This document shows, one piece after another, positions 1-10,959 of a stretch of DNA of 64,000 bases. Source of the DNA: Euprymna scolopes. Lineage: Eukaryota. Made by a program: the position numbers and the translations under genes. The stretch is taken from the NCBI GenBank assembly GCA_053919585.1, contig CM132819.1; one strand, written 5' to 3'. Position 1 is the stretch's first letter; each line of letters begins with the position of its first letter. The notes beneath the pieces are model-generated. The model was given only the letters and a program-made list of their open reading frames with translations. It searched no databases and was not told the origin of the DNA.

Positions 1-38
1 TATATATATATATACGATAATGTATATGTATATATACG

Positions 39-83
<45 letters not shown>

Positions 84-802
84 CAGCTTTTAAGTCTTTA
101 CACGACCGGTCGCCACAGTCGATTGAAAATTTCTTGGGGCGATTAAAAGTCGTAAATCACTCCCCCGCCAATCGATAAAATTTCTTTAAATAAAGAAACG
201 GGAAAAACTCATTTATTTTACGACACTCAAATATGCGGTGACTTAGAATGACTTATGTCTCATCATTTGTGGATTCTTTCATCTCTAGTTGTGAGACCGT
301 TGGAATATCGTATTGAAAAAAGAGTGGTCACGCTGAAGGTCAACAAGAGGTCAAATTTGCACATTCGGCGTGTAGTCAAAATGTCGCCTTCATTTAGCTC
401 TCTGATTTTGTAAATTTATTTCGAAAATAATTCTTCGACGCTACAACTACATACACTTCATGCCTACAAAAGTAAAGACGAAATTTTGAAAGAGGAAAAA
501 AACGCATCGTCCCGTCAAGCATCCAAACAAATGATTCTTATTTTTGTGGAACAATAATATGAATGATGCTATATAAAGAAACTGTTGTTGTATTTTAACG
601 TTTTGTTGAATATTTACTGAAAGGTTTGTAGTAATAAAATAGTTGATTTACAAGAGTTAAACAAATATTTTCTTATTAGATTATACATACGTTAATTTCT
701 TGAATTGTTGTAAAATTTTTTACTATTATTGACTGAAACTAAGACATAAAGTCGGACGAGTAAAAATATTTTGGGGCGAGTAAATTTTCCCTCGCAATCT
801 CA

Positions 803-1863
803 AAGTTGGTGCAAAAATAATGTCGTTTTATAGCGTTCAACTTCAAAAGATAATAAACGTTATAATGGAAAGAAAGACCGTGATATTCGACACATTTTTG
901 CCAACAAGAAACAAGTTTATTCATCCCATTCGCATAGAAATCCGGAGTTCTGAAGCAACGAAGTCATTGAAGGCCGATTCGGCATCATCTCTTCTTTTGA
1001 AGCATTTTTCGCACAGGAAGTTGTCGAGATGGTTGAAAAAATGATAATCGGTGGACGAGAGGTCCAGTGATTATGGCGGATGAGGTAGAGTCTTGTAGCC
1101 CAATTCGTTCCGCTTCTGCAGGGTCAGTTAAGCAACAGTTAAGTAAGAGGAGAATTAGTGCCTTCATATTGACCAATCTTGGGTACATACGTTGGAGCTT
1201 CTGGTGCATTTCTTCAATTTGTCAGTAGTACTTCTCCGCCGTAATCGCTTCGCCTGGATTCAAGAAGTTGTGATGAATGAGACCGGCCGCAGACCACCAA
1301 ACAGTTCCCATAACTTTTTTTTTATGCCAGTTCGGCTTCGAGAAGTGTTGTGGAGTTTCTCTGGCATCCAACCACTGTGCCGAACGTCGCCAGTTTTCAT
1401 CGAGGATCCACTTTTCACGTCACAATCCGCTCAAGAGATTGATCGTTTTTGTTGCACAAAAGGAGCATAAAAGACACATCAAAACGACGATTGTTTTTAT
1501 TATTGTTCAATTTATGCGCCACTCATTTATCAAACTTTTTAGCTTTCCTATTTGCTTTAAATGGCGAACGTCTGTTGAGTGGTCGATCTCGAGTTCAACA
1601 GCAACTTCCCATATGGTTTTGTGAGGATTGGCTTCAATTAAGGCTTTCAAATGTTCGTTATCAACCGTAGCTGGCTGGCTGCAACCGTCTTCATATTCAA
1701 GGTTTTCATAACTATTGCGAAAGTTCTTGAATCATCGTTGTGCCACACGTTTGTTAGTGGTTCCTGGGCCAAACACATCATTGATATCACGAGTTGTCTC
1801 GGCAGCTTTTCAGCCAAGTTTAAACTGGAACAATAAAATTGCGCGGATTTAAATTTTGTCCAT
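803..1863 (-). mobile_element. Degenerate Hsmar1-like (cecropia-type) mariner with disrupted transposase
   Basis: Minus-strand fragments KAAETTRDINDVFG, EKWILDENWRRSAQWLD, KKVMGTVWWSAAGLIHH and GMNKLVSCWQKCVE with stops and frameshifts. TIR-like AGTTGGTGCAAAAATAATGTCGTTTT at ~804-829. Confidence 0.9.
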
Positions 1864-2599
1864 GCTGTCGAAAAGCCTGCAAAAAATGAGTGACGATATT
1901 GAGAACGGTAACGAATAACAGGTTTCGATAGAGCAATAAACGTGCTTCAGAATGATATATAACATGGCTATATATATGAATGAATTAAATCAGAAATTTA
2001 ATATATAAAGGCCATAAACCTGTGAGTTTGTGTGTGTGTGTGTTTGTTTGTATGTCTGCATAAAACGTTTGACTGACGCATCAAAAAATAACAAACTTGG
2101 TATCATAAGGAAGATCAGAAAATTGCGGAAAAAAAAATCGACAAATTGGCCAAAACGATCAATTCTGTCTTGTGAACTCAACGGTTTATTGCTATGAGGA
2201 TGATAAATTTTTCAAAAATTCTACGTTATTACTACATAATTAAAACCAAATCCAATGTATTTGAAAAAATGCGGACTCATGTCGCCGTAAATGACGTCAA
2301 CTCTCTTTAATGGCTATTATTTACATAGCTGGTTGAGAGGTATTCTACATTTTAACACATGATTTTCAAGTAAAAAAAAAATGGTTCCTACATGATTATT
2401 GCATCTAAAATTCTAACATATCCAAATATCATGAGAATCGATAAAGTATAAAATAATTATGAATGAAACTAGTTAAGAACAACGCAAAACAGTTGCCATA
2501 TTTTAAAAAGGAAACAGTGTATTTTCTATGAATTGAAAACTGCCTAGTCATTATACCGGAAATGACGTAATTTCTCTTAAATTGACCGACGATTTTCTT

Positions 2600-3812
2600 T
2601 TAGGATTCGTTTGAAAAAGAAATATATACAAGCAGAAGACCTGACGTTGCCCAGTATTAATTGAGATAGATAAGAACATATACTAGCAGCGTCGCCCATG
2701 CTTGAATGAAATAGGTGGAAATATATACTAGTAGAAGGCCTGGCATCGCCCGAGCTTGAATGAGATAAGTGGAAATATATATTAGCAGAAGACCCAGAAT
2801 CACCCTGGATTAAATTATATATACTAGCAGAACGCTTGGCGTCGCCCATGACTGAAAGAGATATGTAGAAAGATTTACTAGGAAAAGGCCCAGCGTCACC
2901 CGGGATTGAAAGGGATAGGTGGAAGTATGTACTAACAAAAGGCCCATCGTCACCGGGAATTGAATGAGATAGGTGGAAATATATACTAGCTGAAGGCCCA
3001 GCATCACGCTGGATTGAATCAGATAGGTGTAAATATACACTAGCAGAATGCCCGACATCGCCCGGGCTTTTATGAGATAAGTGAAAATATATAATCGCCT
3101 TTTTCCGAATGAGATTGATGGAAATATATAGTTTCTGAAGGCCTGGTGTTGCCCGGGATTGAATGATATAGGTGGAGATATATACTAGCAGAAGGTCCAG
3201 TGTCGCCCGGGATTGAATGATATAGGTGGAAATATATACTAGCAGAAGGCTCGGCATTGGCACTTGAAAGTTTTTATGAAATCCCTCCAGACAAGGCATG
3301 AAGTAACTTGAATTTTTTTTTATGGAAATCGCTATAGACAATCCATGAAGCCACTAGAAATTTTTTTATTTAAATCGCTCCAAATAGGGTGTGAAGCTAC
3401 TATAGATGTTTTATGGAAATCGCTTCAGACAAGGAATGAAGTCATTAACAATTTTTTATGGAAATTTCTCCAAACAAGTCATAAAGACACTTGTAATGTT
3501 TTATGGAAATTACTCCAGAAATATATACTAACAGAACGCCTGGCGTTGCACAGGATTGAAGTGATAGGGGAAAATATACACTAGCAGAGGGCCCGGCATC
3601 ACCCAATATTAAATAGGGTTAAGTGGAAATATAAACTAGCAGAGCACCTGGCGTCACCTGGGATAAAATGAGATGTTAAAATATATACCAACAGAAGCCC
3701 CTGCATCACTCAGAATTGAATGAGATGGAAATATATACTAGTACAAGGCCCGGCGTCGCTCAGGCTTCAATGTTATAGATAGGAATATATACTAGTAGCA
3801 ACCCTGGCATCG
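2600..3812. repeat. ~59-bp minisatellite (two blocks, ~2600-3258 and ~3520-3812) containing a Helitron 3'-end-like motif
   Basis: Recurrent GGATTGAATGAGATAGGTGGAAATATATACTAGCAGAAGGCCCGGCGTCGCCCG-like units. Confidence 0.85.
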
Positions 3813-4430
3813 CCACTTGGAAGTTTTTAAGCAAATCACTCCAGACAAGACAAAGCCGCCAGAAATGTTTTATGTAAATCGCTCCAGACAAGGCATGAAG
3901 CTACTTGAAATGTTTTGTGGAAATTGCTCTAAACAAGTGATGAAGCCGCTTAAATTTTTTATGCTAATCACTCCAGACAAGGCATTAAGATACTTGAAAT
4001 GTTTTACGAAGAATGGCCCCAGACAAGACATAAAGCGACTAGAAATATTTTATGGAAATCGCTCTAGACAAGGCATGATGCCTCTAGAAATTTTATACAG
4101 AAATCGCTCAAGATTAAGCATGTAACCACTTGAAATCTTTTATGGAAATCGATCCAGACAAGGCATAAAGCACTTAGAAAATTTTTTGGAAATCGCTTGA
4201 GACAAGACATCAAGCCACTTGAAAGTTTTTATTGAAATCACTTCAGACAAGGCATAAAGCCATCATAAATGTTTTATGGAAATCGCTCCAAATAGGGCTT
4301 GAAGCCACTAGGAATTTTATATGGAAATCGCTCTAGACAAATGATAAAGCCACTAGAAAGTTTTATGGGAATCGCGCCAGACAAGGCATGTAGCCACTTG
4401 AAAGTTTTTATTGAAATCGCTCCAAACAAG
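3259..4430. repeat. ~44-bp minisatellite (two blocks, ~3259-3520 and ~3813-4430)
   Basis: Recurrent GCCACTTGAAAGTTTTTATGGAAATCGCTCCAGACAAGGCATGAA-like units. Confidence 0.85.
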
Positions 4431-5218
4431 AGTCATGGTACTGGGAATGTTTTCTATCTAAGATACAACGCTTCCTGTCCGGTTCCCATCTCGTGTAAAC
4501 GCGCAAATCTGAGAAATCAAATATAATCGAAATATTTTATAAGACTATGCGTCAAAGAATTGCAATGAAGACATTTATACGGAAAAAATAAAGCATAATT
4601 TATTCAAGGAATGTACAGCAATTTGTCAGTCAATGATAATAGAATGATGATGTTCTGAGTTTGTAAGTAAAGCATGTGTTTGTAAATAAAAATAATGTGT
4701 TTGTAACTAAAAAGCATGTGTTTGTAAGTAAAAAGAATGTGTTTGTATGTAGCAGATGGGAGAAAACACTATGATTCATCTGTCCTTGACAGATGGATGG
4801 TACCAAGAAGCAAAGCAAAATACAGAATATTTCACTGGACCGCAGAATTTTTTATTTTTTTTCATTCGCGCGTTCCATTTCTTTCTCATTTATTATACTC
4901 TGTTGTCTCACAGAAGTCGGTATGGTCGTCCGGTTGGATTAAACAATAGAAATTCATTGGCTGAACATGCGATTACTTTTAAATGTTGAGGTTGTCATGT
5001 GGTCTCTTTTGTAGTTATGTATGGGGTTCGCTTATCAGAATTTTGAAATATTTTTCACTACATCTTGGATTACTCCAGCATTGTTAACCACTTTGAAAGT
5101 AATAATAGTGGCATAAGAAAACGATAGAATTATCCTATGTGGCACACATAAACATTCAGTTGACTTATTGTTCAAATGGTAATTGTAATTAGTACGATTT
5201 ACAATCGAACACGTTAGC

Positions 5219-6125
5219 CTTTACTTGGTAACATACTTTACTTGGTAACATACTTTACTTGGTAACATACTTTACTTGGTAACATACTTTACTTGGTAAC
5301 TTTACTTGGTAACTTTACTTGGTAACATACTTTACTTGGTAACTTTACTTGGTAACATACTTTACTTGGTAACTTTACTTGGTAACATACTTTACTTGGT
5401 AACATACTTTACTTGGTAACTTTACTTGGTAACATACTTTACTTGGTAACATACTTTACTTGGTAACATACTTTACTTGGTAACTTTACTTGGTAACTTT
5501 ACTTGGTAACATACTTTACTTGGTAACTTTACTTGGTAACATACTTTACTTGGTAACATACTTTACTTGGTAACATACTTTACTTGGTAACATACTTGGT
5601 AACATACTTTACTTGGTAACATACTTTACTTGGTAACATACTTTACTTGGTAACTTTACTTGGTAACTTTACTTGGTAACATACTTTACTTGGTAACTTT
5701 ACTTGGTAACATACTTTACTTGGTAACTTTACTTGGTAACATACTTTACTTGGTAACTTTACTTGGTAACATACTTTACTTGGTAACTTTACTTGGTAAC
5801 ATACTTTACTTGGTAACATACTTTACTTGGTAACTTTACTTGGTAACATACTTTACTTGGTAACTTTACTTGGTAACATACTTTACTTGGTAACATACTT
5901 TACTTGGTAACATACTTTACTTGGTAACATACTTTACTTGGTAACATACTTTACTTGGTAACTTTACTTGGTAACATACTTTACTTGGTAACTTTACTTG
6001 GTAACATACTTTACTTGGTAACTTTACTTGGTAACATACTTTACTTGGTAACTTTACTTGGTAACATACTTTACTTGGTAACATTACTTGGTAACTTTAC
6101 TTGGTAACTTTACTTGGTAACATAC
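5219..6125. repeat. Homogeneous 17/13-bp VNTR
   Basis: Interspersed ACTTTACTTGGTAACAT and ACTTTACTTGGTA units. Confidence 0.97.
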
Positions 6126-6389
6126 TAGAAATACCAAAGCAGATTCTTCGATCATTAAGTTGAACTTTGCCATGTTCATCCATTAGGGTCATCAAAGCCT
6201 TTTTAGAGGCAAATTAAGGGCATGTCAAGCGAAATATTAAAATTATCATAATGGTATTCAAATTGTAAAAATCATTTATTGGACCAATTCACGACAAAAC
6301 TCGTCTAGCTGCAACCACTGACAATAGTTTCTCTCTCTGTCTCTGTCTCTGTCTCTGTCTCTGTGTGTCTCTCTCTCTCTCTCTACCGA

Positions 6390-6665
6390 AAACTAAGCAA
6401 AACTTCCATGAGCAAAGTTTCTTTCCCATAATTTCTCGTTCATAGAAAAAGTATCGCGGGGCTGCTTCCCAATTGACTACAATATGGTCGTTTTCAAGTT
6501 GAATTTAAATAAATTGTCGATGAATAAATAATCAAATTCTACTTAATCATTACAATCAGTACCAATCATCACGGTGTTATTAACAGTCCATCTGACAACT
6601 TCAGTAAACATTATCATCGAATGGCGTTTGGGCCTTGATAACTACTGACATATGAGTAGAAAAAT
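6390..6665 (+). mobile_element. Degenerate 3' fragment of CR1/Zenon-like family B
   Basis: FHEQSFFP and CFPIDYNMVVFK remnants match the C-terminus of the ORF at 38221-41139; GGGCCTTGATAA 3'-UTR remnant. Confidence 0.6.
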
Positions 6666-7436
6666 GTATCAGGAGTAAATTGGTTGAAATACTGTTTTTT
6701 TATAATGTTTTAAAACAAGAACTACAAATCAATTAGTTATTATATTAAAATACGGCTATTATTATTCAGAACACATGTCTACTAATGTTTCGTAGATTAT
6801 GTAATAATAAGAATGGCTTTCTATAGATCTTTTGTGTTTTCCTGTTTAAAGTCACACACATACAATTATTTGGCCGGTTTGGGCATTCGGTCTGAATTTG
6901 TTGATCCACACTCAAATTATTCTTTACACATTAACAGTCGATGAATTCAGTACATTTGTTGTCACTTTCTTCATAGAACTGTTATGAGAAGATAATTATT
7001 AAGTTTTGCAGCATCCAAGATTTCGTTTGATTGGCATTTGCGACACATTTACTATTCATTGGTCATTCAATACGTAATTGATTTCGAATATAAGCACATT
7101 AAACGTTCCAGATGGACTTTATAAATCATTCCATTGTAGATTTATTCTCTTTCTTGCGTTCATACTTAGAGACAGAATTTGGTTTGACGCACAAAAGAAT
7201 ATTTCTTATTAAAATTAGTAAACATATCAGAGAAGAAGATGCCAAAGGTCGGGCGGGCCGTAACAAGTAAACGATTCGCACACTTGGTAACAAGAATTTT
7301 AACCATTCACACAATTTTCATTTGATCTTTAGTTGATTCTGGTAATATTTTGAAAAGCCCCCCCCCCCAAAAAAAAAAGTTTAAAGTGCGACATTTTGTT
7401 CACTGAATAATAACGAAAACATTTTAACTTCAAAAC

Positions 7437-9893
7437 TGATGTAATGGAATAACGTAACATCCCTTCATAGATGAAATGAACAATGGATATATTGAACCTC
7501 TCACGTGACTGAGAGAGAAGGAAAAAAGACAGGAAGAGAATAAGAAAAGAGGTCGAGTAACTCTTATTTCACATGTATTCCCTTGTGAATAAACCCCTTT
7601 GTCTTTCACACAGAACCCCGTGTTTCTTTCTGGATTCTTATTTAAAGTAAGGATATAACAAATGGCGACAGGATTCGAATTCACAAAAAGGAAACTTTAA
7701 ACCAAAAACATATTGGAAACGAAGAGAAAAAATACTGCACGGAAAAATTCAACTGCTGAAGAAAAAAAAGCTAAGACACAGACAAAAAGAAAGTTATATA
7801 TATATATTTTTTAATTCAGTCTGTTACGGCTCTGCTGAAAAAAAAGGAGAAATTGACATTTTACGAAGCATTGAAAAGAACAATTTTTGAAAGTTGTCCA
7901 TTTCAAATTTCTAAGAAGTTGTCCATTTCAAATTTCTAAGAACAATTTTTGAAAGTTGTCCATTTCTAATTTTATAAGAAGAAAAAAATAAGGCGGAAAA
8001 GAACGCGTGCATGCTGTTGGTTCAGTGTCAATTTCGTGTGTGTTGCAAAAACCTTGTCTACAAAAGAATGTTTTTTTTTGTGGTTTACAAAAATCAAACT
8101 ATTCAGTGAATTTATTTCATACTTTATGCAGGTACTGTTAACCTTTTTGTTTTATCACTGTGTTAAAAAAAAATTCTTCCATATGGAACAGTTAGCTGAG
8201 TTTACAAAAACAATACAATTAGCACTGACAGCTCAATAAAGCCAGATTGAATTTTTTTAAAAAAAGCACAGTTAAAACAAAATGAAGTCTTAAAAACAAT
8301 ATTGATGAAACAAGAAGAAAAAAGATTGTCGGTTTACTCCGGAAGGAATTGCAAATTCGCTGACAGAATTTTTATATGAACCAACTAATGGCTTAATGTT
8401 TCCAGCATATTATCGTAGATAAGAAAATTTTTTTCCAAACGACGTCAAGCCTGGTCGGATGAAGACAAAATTATTTTACTGTTGCAAAAACTGAGTTGCC
8501 ATGAAAACACGAAGTATACCAATTTTATACTCCCAAGGAAACACGAAGATATTTCTTTTAAAGTGACTATAGAAATTTTATCGAACATTTTCGGGGAACG
8601 GGATAACTTATTTTATACTCATTATAGGTGTTTAAATATTTTGAAACAAGATGATGAAGACTTTATCGTCTATGCTGGGAGAGTAAATTCTCAATGCGAG
8701 TTATTTAAGTTGAAAGACCTAAAAGAGGACATGTTTAAATGCTTGATATTTGTGCAAGGGTTAACATTCTCGAAGGATGAAGAGATTCGTTCTAGGATAT
8801 TATCTATTATGAACCAAGACATAGAAATAACCTTACAGAAAGTTACTGAGGAATGCCAGAAACTTTGTATTTTGTCAACATTTTTCTCTTCAATACTAGT
8901 ATTATCTTGTTTTAAATTTAACAGTTTCTGGCATTCCTCAGTAACTTTCTGGCATTCTCAGTAACTTTCTGGCATTCCTCAGTAACTTTCTGGCCATTGG
9001 ACTCATTACAAACTCAACTTTTAACCCTCGATCAAACGGACAAGCGGAAACATTTGTCGATACTTTTAAACGAGCTCTAAAAAAGAATAATAACATCGAC
9101 ACGGAAGAAAAAAGCATTAAAAAATTCTTAGCAATATATAAGATAACACCAAATCCAAATACAAATGCTAAATTATCCCCAGCTGAAATTATGTTTGCCA
9201 GGAAGGTACGTTCGGTGTTCGACCGGTTAATCCCAAGAGAAAAAGTAAAAAAAAAATATCAAGGGTAATTTAAGGTACAATGACGGGGATAAACTTTTCT
9301 TCAAAAATTATCGGGCAGGGAAGAGTTTCTGAGAAGAAGGCATAATCTCAAGAAGAATTGGGAGAATGGTTTACATCATAAAAGGGCAGTTTTTTTTCCA
9401 CAAAAAACATATTAACCAACTGAGACCCCGATACATAGAAACAATCAGAAACCAAGAGTTACCAATGGAAGTGCTATATGACACTTTCCATATACAACCT
9501 CCAAATAAGGAAGTACCAGTAACTCAGAAATCCAGTCACTCTCCAAAAGTAAAAAATCAGCAAACACAAATGGTGAGGAGAAATGAAATGAAAAGGAAAA
9601 GGACAGATTTTTTTGGACAAATTTAAAAAGGAAAAAATGGTAGAAGCAAAATCCCATGGAAGAATTTAGCTTGGGAGGAAGGTGATGTAATGGAATAACC
9701 TTATATCCCTTCATAGATGAAATAGATATATTGACACTCTCACGTGACTGAGAGAGAAGGAAAAAGACAGGAAGAGAAGAAGAGGTCGAGTAACTCTTAT
9801 GTCACATGTATTCTCTTGTAAATAAACCCCTTTGTCTTTCACCCATAACCCCGTGTTTCTTGCTGTATTCTTATTTAAAGTAAGGATATAACA
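7437..9893 (+). mobile_element. Internally deleted Gypsy (Mag/K02A2.6-like) LTR retrotransposon
   Basis: LTRs at 7437-7660 and 9683-9893 (TG...CA), 5-bp TSD AAAAC, PBS-like TGGCGACAGGA at 7663 and PPT GGGAGGAAGG. Gag remnant (YAGRVNSQCELFKL, FKCLIFVQGL) and integrase C-terminal part (PRSNGQAETFVDTFKRAL, SPAEIMFARKVR); PR/RT/RNase H absent. Confidence 0.93.
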
Positions 9894-10139
9894 AAAACAA
9901 ATTTGCTACTTAAAATATTGCGTCCCTAATTTTTCGCGTACCTGTTGACTCCTTATGCAACTAGTGCTATTTTTAAAATGCTCCTACTGTTTTCGAGATA
10001 ACACTGTGGCTAAAAAGAAATGTATATTTTATTTATTTTTCACTTATTCAACGTGTGTTTGTTCGAGAGGATATTTTGTTAAATTTAAAAGTAAAAGCAC
10101 TCACTCATTTTTTATTTCTGCGTAAAACCACAACGGATA

Positions 10140-10430
10140 TGACGTAACCATACTATGTAAACATCAAACGCGTCGCGCATAACGAAAGCCACGAACAGAT
10201 TCATTCAACTTTTTAGCGGATGATCGATAGGTCAAGCCAACCTAGCGTGATTCAGAAGCCTATAATAGGAAAGTTTTACGCAGTTGTTCTTCTGAACTAA
10301 GCAAACAGCATTTATAATGCGTGTATTTATCTCCGGTTGAGAAGATAGAACTAGGACGCGATGTACTTTATTTAAAAAATAGACACATGATTATATAAAT
10401 GTTCGGAAGGTCAGCAGGCAGCGATAGTTT
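10140..10430 (+). promoter_or_regulatory. Putative CYP proximal promoter
   Basis: TATATAAA at 10392-10399 upstream of the ATG at 10556; locally CpG-richer; TGACGTAA, TGTAAACA, AGGTCA and TAGCGTG motifs. Confidence 0.45.
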
Positions 10431-10555
10431 CGGTGAGAAGAGAAAAACATCTGTTTGGAAGAGTCACACAGGGGAAAAAGAAAGCACGAAAAACTGGGAC
10501 AGCGAAAACAGAATAATTATATAAAAGAATTCAGTTTAACAAAAGGGAGAAAAAT

Positions 10556-10629
10556 ATGGAGTTTATTTTCCACAACTTGTCGCTCCCAAATGCTGTTATT
10601 ATCTGCATATTCCTTCTGCTATTTTATAT
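10556..10629 (+). CDS. CYP3A-like: Cytochrome P450 clan 3 (CYP3A-like), coding exon 1 (membrane anchor)
   Basis: ATG...MEFIFHNLSLPNAVIICIFLLLFY+AT is a hydrophobic anchor. It ends at a GTAAGT donor in phase 2, which joins exon 2 in frame (AT|A = Ile). A TATA-like box lies ~160 nt upstream. Confidence 0.8.
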
Positions 10630-10959
10630 GTAAGTATAAACCCACCTTCATTCTGACCTTTTTTTTTTGCTTTCTTAAAAATGTGATCTTTTATGTGTCA
10701 GATTTTTTAGATAAGGATTTAGATTGTTCGGACACGTCGCGCAACGGATAAAGGCATTGAGTTACAATTAGTTTTAAATATCTACATTATAGAGGTTGAA
10801 GACGATAATAACTAAGAATAAGATCAAAATTATTTAACACTTTTACAGTTATAATGTGAATAATGCATATCCGTTGAAAATTTTCTACGGATTTTCCAGT
10901 TAAACATAAACATTAAAAAGATGCACTCGACGAAGGTCGAAGGTCGCATAAGCCGAATT

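Noticed and set aside
80-800. Possible DNA-transposon ends (also 62100-62860)
   Set aside because: No matching TIR pair or TSD could be established.
2577-4526. ORFs of 254, 102 and 75 aa
   Set aside because: Translations of the 59-bp and 44-bp tandem arrays, with no domain or splice support.
10455-10751. 98-aa ORF over CYP exon 1
   Set aside because: Different frame from the anchor-coding exon, and it runs through the splice donor.
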